Position numbers and translations under genes: made by a program. A DNA stretch of 64,000 bases from positions 10,481 to 74,480 of the IMG/VR virus record IMGVR_UViG_3300032087_003094; one strand, given 5' to 3'. Source of the stretch: a virus. Below are positions 37,383 through 47,857 of this stretch, one piece after another. The notes under the pieces are model-generated. The model ran no database searches. It had not been told where the DNA came from and saw only the letters and a list, made by a program, of their open reading frames with translations. The first letter of the stretch is position 1. Every line of letters begins with the position of its first letter.

Positions 37383-38095
37383 ATGAACGAAGGGAATACT
37401 TTGATCCAGATTAGCGGAGATAATAAGGGCTCAATACCCTTAATAATTATTTTCCTGCTTGTCACAATTGGCTTGCTTATGTGGGTCACGCTTAGTCTAA
37501 TCTCTCTGCGAGATACATTTAAAGAGGCTAAGACGGAGATAAGAATTCTTCAAATGCACATCCAAGACCAAAATGCTATTTTAATTCGAGAGGGCATTAA
37601 AAAGCCTGGAGACTCGACAACGGGACCAACGGACCCAGATAAGCTAGAGGTTAAAAGTAGTGAGCGCTATTGAATGTAAGATTATTATATGCGGGAATGA
37701 GGCTGGAAACGCTTCCCAATCATCAAAGGATGTTGTGAGCGATTTAGCCAAAAATCCAGAGCTTGCAAAAAAAGTAATCAGCGTGCAGGAAGATTACGTT
37801 GCAAAAATGCACAAGGCGCTTTCTGAGCTAACGAAAAATGACTGATAAAGCGAGGATTATAACTTATTGGCCGGTCGCTTTAGTTACCGTTGTTCACATT
37901 CTTGCAGTTGGCGTTTTGTATGGAACATTAACCACTGAAATGCAGACGTTTAACAAGTCGCTTATTAATGTCGTTGATGAGCTAAAAGAGACTAATCGCT
38001 CTATACAAGGCTTGAAGGAGAAAGATATTGAGTTGGGTTTTTTGCAAAAAAGGCTTGATGAAAAAGTTAAGCGGCTAGAGACTAAGCATCCATGA
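37383..38095 (+). CDS. Three small genes ahead of the endolysin (37383-37673 and 37838-38095 are single-TM coiled-coil proteins, holin-like candidates)
   Basis: Hydrophobic segment plus heptad tail; position. Confidence 0.55.
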
Positions 38096-38427
38096 CGCTA
38101 GGGCAAAAGCAAAGAAAGTTCACTTTAATGATTAGCGATTTGATCTGTTGGGCTTATAATCACGGTTACGAGTTAACATTTGGTGACGCTTACAGAGATA
38201 GGCGACTGCATGGTAATATAGGCGAAAAGAAAGCTTACGGCCATAAAAACAGCAACCACAAGCAGCGACTAGCTGTCGATTTTAATCTATTTAAAGATGG
38301 CGAATATCTAACCTCAACAGAATCTCATAAACCCCTTGGTGAATACTGGGAGTCAGTAGGTGGGACTTGGGGTGGTCGATTTAATGACGGCAACCACTAC
38401 AGCTTAGAGCATAACGGGTATAAATAA
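38092..38427 (+). CDS. Endolysin, M15-family peptidase
   Basis: DAYR, SNHKQRLAVDFNL, WGGRFNDGNHYS zinc-peptidase motifs. Confidence 0.9.
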   Translation: MTLGQKQRKFTLMISDLICWAYNHGYELTFGDAYRDRRLHGNIGEKKAYGHKNSNHKQRLAVDFNLFKDGEYLTSTESHKPLGEYWESVGGTWGGRFNDGNHYSLEHNGYK

Positions 38428-38624
38428 TGAATGACATGGTAAAAGATAAATCCGGTAAAGTATGCGCTGCAAAGATAGCGTATTGGATAACATTAATATC
38501 ATGCCTTGTTAAAATATTCATGCAAGAGTCCCCAGATTACTCAGGACTAGCTTTATTTCTATCGCCTGTAGCTGCAACTTACTTCGGGCGTAACTGGTCT
38601 AAGGAGCATAAGAAAGATGCTTAA
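38427..38624 (+). CDS. Holin-like two-TM protein
   Basis: Two hydrophobic helices, basic tail, next to endolysin. Confidence 0.6.
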   Translation: MNDMVKDKSGKVCAAKIAYWITLISCLVKIFMQESPDYSGLALFLSPVAATYFGRNWSKEHKKDA

Positions 38625-38874
38625 AGGTATTTGGTTAAAGGTGGCGGCATTCTTCGCAGCATTAAGTGGTATTCTGTTAGTTTGGGGTAGGCGCCAGCAA
38701 AGCCAAAGAGAAAAGGCAGAGCATGAAGTAAAAATCAAAGACACTATCGAAGAAATCGACGCAGAGCAGGAATTATTCGAGCAGGAATTGAGAAAAGATG
38801 AACAAAAACGAATTAATCAAAAGGTTAAAAACAGCCAGTTTGCTAGTAGGCGTGATCGCGCTTCCAAGTTGTAG
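38617..38874 (+). CDS. Inner-membrane spanin (Rz-like)
   Basis: N-terminal TM plus coiled coil; overlapped by a lipoprotein gene. Confidence 0.65.
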   Translation: MLKGIWLKVAAFFAALSGILLVWGRRQQSQREKAEHEVKIKDTIEEIDAEQELFEQELRKDEQKRINQKVKNSQFASRRDRASKL

Positions 38875-39079
38875 CAGTTTAGAAATAGCTCATAGCGACC
38901 TAAATTGCGTACTATATCCTGATAAATCACTTGCTGATAGAATGAGTGATGAAGAATTAAACTCAATGTCTGACGAAGTGTTTAATAAGGTAGAGATTCA
39001 TATAATCAGCTACCAAGAGCGCATGAATACTCAATGTGAAGCAATTAAGAAGCATAATCAATTACACGGTGATAAATAA
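38798..39079 (+). CDS. Outer-membrane spanin lipoprotein (Rz1-like)
   Basis: Signal peptide with lipobox-like IALPSC; overlaps the i-spanin. Confidence 0.65.
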   Translation: MNKNELIKRLKTASLLVGVIALPSCSSLEIAHSDLNCVLYPDKSLADRMSDEELNSMSDEVFNKVEIHIISYQERMNTQCEAIKKHNQLHGDK

Positions 39080-39534
39080 TGGCTCAAGGTGATTTTCAAC
39101 TTTTTGAAGAATTTGCATTAAGTCTTGGTAGGGGTGACCACGACCTAACTAGTGACACTATTTCTGTAATTCTGATAACTACACTCCCTACAGCCTCCGA
39201 CACAACGCCAGACAGAGCCGATTATACAGAATGCTCAGCTGGAGGAAGTTATGCAACAGGCGGTATAGCTTTAACTAGAACTTACACTGAATCGGGCGGG
39301 GTCGGAACCTTTGACTTTACTAATGATCCAGAGTGGGCGGCAGCGGCATCAAGTCCAGAAAACATTAAAGCGGCTCTATTTGTTAACGATACGCACACCG
39401 GAACGACCGACGCTATAGGCTTTACAGATCTAACTACCGACAACGGAACGACAGCCATCTCAATGGTGGCAGGCAAAATAAAAGTTGTTGCCAATCCGTC
39501 TGGAATGTTTACTGTAACGGTAAACGCCGCATAA
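39079..39534 (+). CDS. Small virion beta-protein, paralogue of 41611-42033
   Basis: HDLTSDTI..L, TECSAGGSYATGG, NDTHT vs HNMGSDTL, TEISAGNGYTAGG, NDTPT. Confidence 0.65.
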   Translation: MAQGDFQLFEEFALSLGRGDHDLTSDTISVILITTLPTASDTTPDRADYTECSAGGSYATGGIALTRTYTESGGVGTFDFTNDPEWAAAASSPENIKAALFVNDTHTGTTDAIGFTDLTTDNGTTAISMVAGKIKVVANPSGMFTVTVNAA

Positions 39535-39535
39535 A

Positions 39536-41611
39536 ATGGCTTTTGTTTCTGGGGCTACCACCAACCCATCAGCATCCTACAACCCTGCTAGCGGCACTAA
39601 TACAATGCTTGTCTGGGTTACTGGTGCTACCGGTGTCGGTACGGCTACAGTTAGCGGTCAAGATTTTGGTGGGACTTCAATGTCCGAGATTGCCAATTCT
39701 GACCAATCAGTCGATTTAGCGGGTAGTGGTGATCCTACAATTGCATCAGCCTTCCTATTAACTCCAGGAACAACAAGCCAAACCTGCTCCCTAACATGGT
39801 CTAGCTCTCGCCTAAACGAAGGCGGCTATGCGTTCACAGTGGGCGATGCTGGAAGTATAACCGGAACATCAGGTGGCACTTATTCAGGTTCAGGAACTAC
39901 CGAGCCAAGCTTAAGTTACGATGCAGAGGACGGTGATACAGTTGTTTATGTTAGGCAGCATTGCCGCGGTGGTGGGGCTATATCATGGACAGCGCCGACC
40001 AATTTCACGGAAAGGTCAAATATCGCTCTAGTTACAAGTCCTGGACGTCGCTCAATGGCTGTATGGACTCGAGATGTAACAAGTACACTATCTGGCCAAA
40101 CAGTTCAAGCAGGCGAATCAGCAGACGGTAACGGCGTTCATCATGTATTCGTTATTAAAAAATTCTCATCTGATGTGACAGCTAATATGACACTAGAGAC
40201 TATCTCAATCGATAGTTTTAACATGTTTGTACTGGCATCAAATATAGCCTCTCTAATCAACACAGTAGACAATTATGAATTAGTCGGAAGTGGAGTGTCT
40301 AATTTTGGCGCAGGAGGCTCAAATACCTCCGATGCTACCTATAGGGATGAAACTGACGAGCTAATCACTATTAGAAATGGCAGTGCAACAGCTGATGTTT
40401 ATGATTTGGGAAGTTACGGCACTGCAACAAAAACCATCACGCTAAACTTTGACGGCTCAGATTGTGAAGGTATTTGCGATATGGGTGGCGGTGAGTTTGC
40501 TACTTGCTCAGAGGATGGTGGAAGATACCAATTTAATATCTATGATTGGCCTAGCGACGTAGGAACGACCGCAACCAGCAAGCAAGAATTCACAATAGCC
40601 GCTAATGCCGCTAATAACAACAGTCAGCTGGAGGGGATTGGTTACGACCGAGCAAACAAGATATTTTATTTGGTCGGCGAAGGTGAAGAAACTAGTACGG
40701 ATAGGGAGTTTTTTAAGGTCTTGCGCCCCGGGGTTAATGGTCGTTTTGGTGATACGTCTACTAGTTATGCTTACAATGATGCGGATGACGGTGACGGATG
40801 GTCGCTAGATGATTATATTTCTCAGCCTTGGGACCCTGAAACGGCTTTTTCATCGTATGGCGCAACGGGTGCGACGTTTGACTTGTCGAGTATTGACTTT
40901 GATCACGATTCTGGCAATGTTTTAATCGCCTCGCACACAGGTCAAAAGGTTTTGCAGGTTGATGTTACTGACGGTTCAGTAGTTGCTGAGGTAGACAATA
41001 CAGACCTAACCCAAATGGAAGGAATAGCAATACTTCCAGATGGCAAGCTGATGATGATGGGTGAAGCTGACGAGTATCAAATATTCGAATCAATTACCAC
41101 AATTAACATGACTACTGCAACAATGACAATTCAAGGGCATAATATGACCATTGAAACGGCTGTTGCGGAAGTTATGACGGCTGATTCAGGCAGTTATTCA
41201 ACAACAGGAACAGATTTAGACTTAAGGGCTGGTCGAAAAATATCAGCTGATAGCGGTGCCTACTCTACAACTGGAACAAATATAGACCTAGTTGGAGCGT
41301 TTAAGTTGCTGGCCGAGGCTGGGAGCTACTCAGTATCAGGAACTGATGCAGCTTTATCTAAAGGCTCTCGCCTAGAGGCTGAAACTGGTTCATATTCTTA
41401 CACTGGCACAGCTTTAGATTTAGATATTGCTGCAAAAATGACTTTAGATAGTGGATCTTATATAATAACCGGAACAGATATATCTCTTTTAGATGGCGAA
41501 AGCCTCTGGACAGACACAGCTATTACAGAAGTATCTTGGGCAGATACAGCCTTAGATGGCTCTACTTGGACAGATACAACAAGCACGTCAACAACTTGGA
41601 TTGATTTATAA
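39536..41611 (+). CDS. Fibre/decoration-like protein: N-domain, YjiK-like propeller, ADSGSYxxTG repeats, Trp-repeat tail
   Basis: Combines domains found in separate genes at 1-1079 and 1080-3065. Confidence 0.65.
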   Translation: MAFVSGATTNPSASYNPASGTNTMLVWVTGATGVGTATVSGQDFGGTSMSEIANSDQSVDLAGSGDPTIASAFLLTPGTTSQTCSLTWSSSRLNEGGYAFTVGDAGSITGTSGGTYSGSGTTEPSLSYDAEDGDTVVYVRQHCRGGGAISWTAPTNFTERSNIALVTSPGRRSMAVWTRDVTSTLSGQTVQAGESADGNGVHHVFVIKKFSSDVTANMTLETISIDSFNMFVLASNIASLINTVDNYELVGSGVSNFGAGGSNTSDATYRDETDELITIRNGSATADVYDLGSYGTATKTITLNFDGSDCEGICDMGGGEFATCSEDGGRYQFNIYDWPSDVGTTATSKQEFTIAANAANNNSQLEGIGYDRANKIFYLVGEGEETSTDREFFKVLRPGVNGRFGDTSTSYAYNDADDGDGWSLDDYISQPWDPETAFSSYGATGATFDLSSIDFDHDSGNVLIASHTGQKVLQVDVTDGSVVAEVDNTDLTQMEGIAILPDGKLMMMGEADEYQIFESITTINMTTATMTIQGHNMTIETAVAEVMTADSGSYSTTGTDLDLRAGRKISADSGAYSTTGTNIDLVGAFKLLAEAGSYSVSGTDAALSKGSRLEAETGSYSYTGTALDLDIAAKMTLDSGSYIITGTDISLLDGESLWTDTAITEVSWADTALDGSTWTDTTSTSTTWIDL

Positions 41612-42033
41612 TGGCAACTTACACAAAATTTAATCAAACGGTAGCCGATGTAAATAACGGTGTTCATAACATGGGTTCTGACACATTAAAATTTGCATTA
41701 ACAAACACAGCGCCGGTGGCTGGAAATACGGTATTTGCGAATATCACTGAAATATCAGCAGGAAACGGTTATACAGCAGGCGGTACAGCGGTAGCAATTA
41801 CAAGCTCAACCCAAACAGGTGGGACGTATTCTTTAGTACCTACGGCTGATGTAGTATTCACGGCCTCAGGCGGTAGTATTGGGCCGTTTAGGTATGTAGT
41901 TTTATACAATGATACGCCAACAAGCCCAGCAGACCCTCTTATAAGTTATTATGACAGAGGTTCATCATTGACCTTGCTAGACACTGAAACCTTTACGGTA
42001 GATGTTGGCGCAACCTTGTACACATCGAGCTAA
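41611..42033 (+). CDS. Small virion beta-protein
   Basis: SDTLKFALTNTAP..GPFRYVVLYNDT..LISYYDRG. Confidence 0.65.
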   Translation: MATYTKFNQTVADVNNGVHNMGSDTLKFALTNTAPVAGNTVFANITEISAGNGYTAGGTAVAITSSTQTGGTYSLVPTADVVFTASGGSIGPFRYVVLYNDTPTSPADPLISYYDRGSSLTLLDTETFTVDVGATLYTSS

Positions 42034-42135
42034 TTATGGGAAAAGGTAGCGGCGCAAGAAAATTCACCAAAGAAGGTGCAGACAATTACAGAAGTAATAA
42101 ATTCTGGGATAGCTTGAAAGATGTAAAACAAAGCC

Positions 42136-42679
42136 ATGAAAAGACCGTCAATAAAAAGCCTTGAGAATTACGCATCAAGACCGGTATTGGTTTTTTCAGG
42201 CTCGATACTGGTCTTATCAATAGCGCTAAATAATATAGGCTTCAAAGGTGTTATAGACGCATGGGTTAAATCAATAGAACACAAGATAGAGCAAAACCCT
42301 AGCGATATACAGTTAAAACTAAACGAACTAGAAAAACGATTAGAAAAAGTGGAACATCTCGCCCACAAAAGCGGAGATAAACAACACGAATAACCGAGAG
42401 GACTCGTAACCAATGAAGCTTCAAAAAAACAAATATGGCAAGAGCTTTTTGGGAGGGTGCTATAAACGTAGCTACCCAAGCAAGAAAGATGCAAAAGTCG
42501 CTATGAAATCATCTAGAAAGGTCGGCAAAAAAAGAATGAAATCTTTCTATCTATGTAAAGCATGCGAAAAATTCCACTTAAGCCATTTAACAACTAAAGA
42601 GTTTCTAAGAAAACAGGCCGATTATAAATTGATGGATTTTCTTAAAGGCAATTTAGCAGGTGAGAGCCATGGCCGGTAG
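42136..42679 (+). CDS. Two small genes (42136-42393 TM/coiled coil; 42413-42679 basic, Y.C..C..FHL zinc motif)
   Basis: ORF track and motifs. Confidence 0.6.
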
Positions 42680-43046
42680 ACCTACAGAGTGGAGTGAAGA
42701 GCTAGAGCAGGAAGCTTGGAACTATATCAAAACATTTGCAGAACACGGGCATGCCGTCCCAAGTGTAGTAGGATTGTGCTCAGTATTAAATCGAGGAAAA
42801 TCAACTATTTACGATTGGGCTGGTCAAGACGATAAACAATTTTCGGATATATTAGCCGCAATTAAGCAAGAACAAGAGCTTGTAACCTTCAATAAAAGCC
42901 TTACAGGGGAGTACAACGCAACGATAGCAAAGCTACTACTAGGCAAGCATGGCTACCACGATAAACAAAGCACAGAGCTGTCTGGGAAGGATGGAAACCC
43001 CATAGAGATAGATCAGAGCTGGACGGTAGAGGTGGTAGGCGAATAA
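42669..43046 (+). CDS. terS: Terminase small subunit (module B, P22 gp3/Sf6-like)
   Basis: MAGRPT.W, PSVVGLC..L, YNATIAKLLL, ELSGKDGNPI; directly before terL. Confidence 0.85.
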   Translation: MAGRPTEWSEELEQEAWNYIKTFAEHGHAVPSVVGLCSVLNRGKSTIYDWAGQDDKQFSDILAAIKQEQELVTFNKSLTGEYNATIAKLLLGKHGYHDKQSTELSGKDGNPIEIDQSWTVEVVGE

Positions 43047-44467
43047 TGCCTAAAATGCAAATCCCTAGAAAGCTCCTACCTTTAATCAAAAAGAAAAAAA
43101 GATTCAAAGTGATTATAGGTGGTAGAGGCTCAGGAAAGTCTCACACTGTAGCCGATATATGCTTAATGGACGCCCAAACAAAAGGAATTAAAACAGGCTG
43201 CTTCCGAGAATTCCAAAATTCAATCAGTGATTCCGTATACTCACTATTAACTGATGAGATAGAAAGATTAGAACTCCAAGGTTTCGAGATACAAAACAAC
43301 CACATATTAAGAAAGGGGCAAGAGGCTTTTACGTTTAAAGGGCTGGCCAGAAATCCTGAATCAATTAAATCTATGCATGGTTATGAGCGATTCTTTGTCG
43401 AAGAAGCTCAAACTATCAGCTCCAAGTCGCTTAAGATGTTAACGCCTACTCTAAGGGTAGAGGGTTCTGAGGTCTGGATGGTTGGCAATCCTGCTAGTAG
43501 TGCAGACCCTTTTAGCCAAAGATTCATAGTCCCATTCCAAAAAGAGCTGGATAAGAATGGCTATTATGAAGATGATTTGCATCTAGTTATAGTTTGCAAC
43601 TATTACGACAACCCATTCTTCCCCCAAGTATTAGAAGAAGAGAGGGTTTATGATTACGAACATTTAGATAGAGCTGAGTATGATCATATATGGCTAGGCA
43701 AATTCAATGACACGGTAGCTAACGCAATTATTAAGACAGAGTGGTTTGATGCTGCTATTGATGCACACAAGAAGCTTGGATTCAAACCAAGGGGTGCAGT
43801 GGTGGCCAGTCATGACCCTAGCGACACCGGTCCAGACGATAAAGGCTTGGCAATACGCAAAGGCTCAGTATTCTTAGATGTATTAGCTAAAGATTCTGGG
43901 GATGTTAATGAAGGTGCTGATTGGGCTACAGAAATAGCCATAAATCATAACGCTGACTTGTTTACATGGGATTGTGACGGGATGGGGGTTAGTCTTAATA
44001 GACAAATATCATCATCATTTGATGGCATAAACTGCGAGGTTAGAATGTTTAAAGGCTCCATGGGCGTGGATGACCCAGATCAAATATATGAACCATTAGA
44101 CAACATCAAAGAGCCAAAAACCAACAAAGAAACGTTTAAAAACAAGCGGAGCCAGTATTACTGGAGGCTTAGAGACAGGTTTTACAATACGTATAGAGCA
44201 GTTGTTAAGGGTGAATACATCGACCCAGATGAACTAATAAGCCTGTCGTCAAACATTAAAGACTTGCAAGCTTTAAGAAGTGAGATTTGTAGAATACCTA
44301 GAAAACCAAACGGATCTGGATTAATACAAATAATGTCTAAAGATGACATGCTTAAGTTAGAAATACCATCACCAAATATGGCTGACTCTTTAATGATGAG
44401 TATGGAGCTTCCCGATATTGCTGAAAGCTTTGTACCGCTTAACTACCAGTCTATTAGCTATGCCTGA
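43046..44467 (+). CDS. terL: Terminase large subunit, PBSX family (module B)
   Basis: GGRGSGKS, REFQNSI.DS, VEEAQ, SPNMADSL. Confidence 0.95.
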   Translation: MPKMQIPRKLLPLIKKKKRFKVIIGGRGSGKSHTVADICLMDAQTKGIKTGCFREFQNSISDSVYSLLTDEIERLELQGFEIQNNHILRKGQEAFTFKGLARNPESIKSMHGYERFFVEEAQTISSKSLKMLTPTLRVEGSEVWMVGNPASSADPFSQRFIVPFQKELDKNGYYEDDLHLVIVCNYYDNPFFPQVLEEERVYDYEHLDRAEYDHIWLGKFNDTVANAIIKTEWFDAAIDAHKKLGFKPRGAVVASHDPSDTGPDDKGLAIRKGSVFLDVLAKDSGDVNEGADWATEIAINHNADLFTWDCDGMGVSLNRQISSSFDGINCEVRMFKGSMGVDDPDQIYEPLDNIKEPKTNKETFKNKRSQYYWRLRDRFYNTYRAVVKGEYIDPDELISLSSNIKDLQALRSEICRIPRKPNGSGLIQIMSKDDMLKLEIPSPNMADSLMMSMELPDIAESFVPLNYQSISYA

Positions 44468-44534
44468 CAATAGTTTTTGTCTATATGCTTTATTATGATA
44501 GAATTAACATGTTTAAATCACACGAGTTCAGCCC

Positions 44535-46580
44535 ATGCCTAATATGTCAGATCAAGAATTGCTATCAATTATAAGCAATGCTGAATCGCAAGCAGTAATC
44601 TATAACGGTGAATTTAGCCGTATTAACGAAAGACTTCTAAAAGACTACCTCCAAGACCCTTATGGCGACGAGGTGGCCGATCAATCTCAAGTTATATCAC
44701 CAGACGTTCAAGACGTTGTTGAGTCCGATATGCCATCATTAGCAAGGGTATTCCTCGGCTCTAGTCAACCGGTAGTGTTCGAACCTAGATCAAACAATGA
44801 AGATGAAATAAAAGAAGTCGAAGAAAAGAATAAGTACGTCAATTATCTAATAATGAATAAGCCTGATTCATATCAAACACTATTCAACTGGATGAAAGAT
44901 GCAGAAATACAAAAGAACGGAGTATTAAAATACTTTATCGAGGACTCAAGAAAAACGGAAGAAGTGTCGTATTCTGGAGTTAATGAAGATGAGCTACAAC
45001 AGATTGTATTAGATTTACAGCGCGACCAAGTAAAAAAGATTGAAGTAGCATCAAGCTCAGAGGATGAATTTGGGTCATTTGATATTACATTTAAAGTGAC
45101 TAGAGGCTCACAAGAGCTAAAGATAATCAATGTTCCTAATGAGCAATTTCTTATATCTAAGAACGCATCAACGCTTGATAATGCCGAATTAGTGGGCGAC
45201 AAGGTTAATAATAAGACCCGTGGTCAATTGCTTTCTGAGGGTATTGATAGAGAATTAATTAATCAATTACCTAGGGTGTCGGTGCAAAGAGACAACAATT
45301 CAACTCTTAAGAATATCAGGAATAGAGATACAGGCCAGTCAGTTGAAGGTGAAGAAATAAACGACTGGGCTAACGAGCTGGTAGAAATTACAGACCTTTA
45401 TGTAATGGTTGATTATGATCAAGACGGAGTAGCAGAAAGGCGACATATTCTAAAGTCTGGTAACCACATATTAATCAATGAAGCCTTCGATCATGTTCCA
45501 TACGCCTCATTAAGTTGCTTATTAATGCCTCACAAAGCTATCGGCAGAAGTCGAGCAGAGCTTACACAGCAAACACAGAGAGTTAAAACCGTACTAATGC
45601 GTCAAACTCTTGACAATATGTATGCTGTTAATAGGCCTCGAAATGTATTGCATCCCGATGTAAATATCGACGACTACCTACAAATGCGACCTAATGGAGC
45701 GGTAAGGCTTAAGTCTAAAACTCAAGTTAATCCAGCTAACGCTGTAGTCCCTTTAGTTGTACCCCCTATGATGCAGCAATCACTACAAGTGGTTCAATAC
45801 ATGGACTCAGTAAGAGCGCAATCAACAGGCACTTATCTAGCCTCTCAAGGGCTGGATGCTGACTCAATCGCTAAAGAAACAGCCACGAGATTTATGGGCG
45901 TACAAGAAAAAGGCGATGAAAAAATTGAACTAGTGGCCAGAACTATGGCTGAAACTGGATGGAGAAAACTCTATGAGGGTGTCGCTTGGATGGTCTCTCA
46001 CTTCCAGGATGAAGAAACAGAGATATTTGTCCTTGGTGAATCTTTAAAGGTCAACCCTTCTGGCTGGCGTTATGAACACTTTGTATCGTCTAAAGTGGGT
46101 TTAGGTGCAGGAAGTCCTGAAAAGATGGTTGAGTCAATGCAGGGTATCTTGGGAATTCAGCAGCAATTACAAGCTGCAGGCTCGCCAATGGTTGACCAAG
46201 TTAAGCTGTATAATACGCTTGATGACATTATTAAAGGTTTAGGCCTTAAGCAGACGGATAAGTTCTTTAATGACCCAGAAAAGCCAGAGCAATTATTATT
46301 GGCTGAAAATGAAATATTAAAAGCTCAGTTATTGCAAACACAACAATTGCTAGAGCAATCACAAAACCCGTTAGCCGAAGCTGAAACTATCAAGGCTCAA
46401 GCTAGGCTGATAGAAGCTCAAGGTAAAAGTGGATTAGAGGCGGCAAAAATAGCAGAGAATGCAAGACAGTTTAATATAAAAACCGCCCAAGATGCTAAAC
46501 AACATCAAGACGATTTAGTATTTGATTTAACTAAGCTGGAAGTTGATAGCGGTGTCAATATTCAAGGGGCCAACGTATGA
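44535..46580 (+). CDS. Portal protein (module B)
   Basis: Follows TerL; SQVISPDVQDVVE..MPSL, PHKAIGRS.AE; 681 aa. Confidence 0.9.
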   Translation: MPNMSDQELLSIISNAESQAVIYNGEFSRINERLLKDYLQDPYGDEVADQSQVISPDVQDVVESDMPSLARVFLGSSQPVVFEPRSNNEDEIKEVEEKNKYVNYLIMNKPDSYQTLFNWMKDAEIQKNGVLKYFIEDSRKTEEVSYSGVNEDELQQIVLDLQRDQVKKIEVASSSEDEFGSFDITFKVTRGSQELKIINVPNEQFLISKNASTLDNAELVGDKVNNKTRGQLLSEGIDRELINQLPRVSVQRDNNSTLKNIRNRDTGQSVEGEEINDWANELVEITDLYVMVDYDQDGVAERRHILKSGNHILINEAFDHVPYASLSCLLMPHKAIGRSRAELTQQTQRVKTVLMRQTLDNMYAVNRPRNVLHPDVNIDDYLQMRPNGAVRLKSKTQVNPANAVVPLVVPPMMQQSLQVVQYMDSVRAQSTGTYLASQGLDADSIAKETATRFMGVQEKGDEKIELVARTMAETGWRKLYEGVAWMVSHFQDEETEIFVLGESLKVNPSGWRYEHFVSSKVGLGAGSPEKMVESMQGILGIQQQLQAAGSPMVDQVKLYNTLDDIIKGLGLKQTDKFFNDPEKPEQLLLAENEILKAQLLQTQQLLEQSQNPLAEAETIKAQARLIEAQGKSGLEAAKIAENARQFNIKTAQDAKQHQDDLVFDLTKLEVDSGVNIQGANV

Positions 46581-46873
46581 ATGAGATTGAGCAGGCAAGG
46601 CAAGCTAAAAGCGACCTTAATCGAGCAGAATTAGCTAGACAAGTTAAAGATAATTCAATCTATCAAGAGGCTTTTATGATGTTTAGAGCTGAATTGATGG
46701 AGAAATTTACAACAACAAACTACAAACAAAGTGATGAGCGCGATGAAATATGGCGCAAAATGCAAACAATTCAATACGTCCAAGACTACCTAGAGGAAGT
46801 CATGGATACTGGGAAACTTGCAAACGAGACTCTTTCTATTTTGGAAAGGGCTAAAAAAACTATAGGATTATAA
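46577..46873 (+). CDS. Small helical protein between portal and scaffold
   Basis: Conserved position; ERDEIW.. Confidence 0.65.
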   Translation: MNEIEQARQAKSDLNRAELARQVKDNSIYQEAFMMFRAELMEKFTTTNYKQSDERDEIWRKMQTIQYVQDYLEEVMDTGKLANETLSILERAKKTIGL

Positions 46874-46874
46874 A

Positions 46875-47855
46875 ATGTTAGACAACCATCTTGGATCTAA
46901 TGAAGAATCATTATTGAACAGAATTTCTCAAGTCAGAAACCCATCGGAGCCAAATGAGCCAACCGAAGTGGAAGAAAGCCTTGAGGTTACACCAGAAGAA
47001 GTAGAGGCGGAATCAGTCGAAGAATTAGCAACTGATGAAGTCGAGCTTGAAGCTGAGGAGTTGGATGAGTCAGCACCACAAACTGAAGAATCTGAAGAGT
47101 TTTACGTCGATATAGATGGGCGTGAAATATCCTTTAGTGATATCAAGGAGTGGGAGCAGGGCAACCTAAGACAATCCGACTATACTCGCAAAACACAAGA
47201 AGTAGCCGATAAGCGTAAAGCCTTAGAAGCTCAAGAACAAAGCCTTACTAGTAAAACAGCGGAGCTAGATGAAAAAATAGCAATGCTTGATACTTATATC
47301 GCTGAGTTTGACACGTCCGAAATTGATGGCATGTCACTTGATGAATTGCGAGATCTTGACCCAGGTCAGTACTTGAAGGTAAAAGAAGATCAAGAGAAAA
47401 GAAAAGCAGCCTTGGAAGCCGCCAAGAACTCTCGATCAACTTTATCTAGCGAAGAAATGCAAGCAAAGCAAAACGTTGAACTGTCAAAGCTTATTAAAAA
47501 CAATCCTCAATGGATTAAAGACGGCAAAGAAACCGAAAACTATCAAAACGATATGTCTATGGTTATGAGCTATCTAGATAAGTTAGGATATGATGACGCA
47601 TCAAAGCAAGGAATCCTGACTAATGGTCACGGACAAGTCTTTCTAGATGCAGCAAGGTTCAATGCAAGCAAAAAAGCTAACGCATCAATTGCCAAGAAAG
47701 TACGAAAAGCGCCTACGGTCACTAAACCAAGTGGAGCAAGTAAGAGTCAGGCAACTTTAGCCCTAGAAAAAGCTAGAGAACACCATAAAAAGGTGGGAAC
47801 TCCTGAGTCAGCGCTTGCATTAAGAAAAGCTCAACGAAAATTTAAAGGTGAATAA
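46875..47855 (+). CDS. Scaffolding protein (module B)
   Basis: Acidic N-terminus, RQSDYTRKTQ motif. Confidence 0.85.
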   Translation: MLDNHLGSNEESLLNRISQVRNPSEPNEPTEVEESLEVTPEEVEAESVEELATDEVELEAEELDESAPQTEESEEFYVDIDGREISFSDIKEWEQGNLRQSDYTRKTQEVADKRKALEAQEQSLTSKTAELDEKIAMLDTYIAEFDTSEIDGMSLDELRDLDPGQYLKVKEDQEKRKAALEAAKNSRSTLSSEEMQAKQNVELSKLIKNNPQWIKDGKETENYQNDMSMVMSYLDKLGYDDASKQGILTNGHGQVFLDAARFNASKKANASIAKKVRKAPTVTKPSGASKSQATLALEKAREHHKKVGTPESALALRKAQRKFKGE

Positions 47856-47857
47856 TT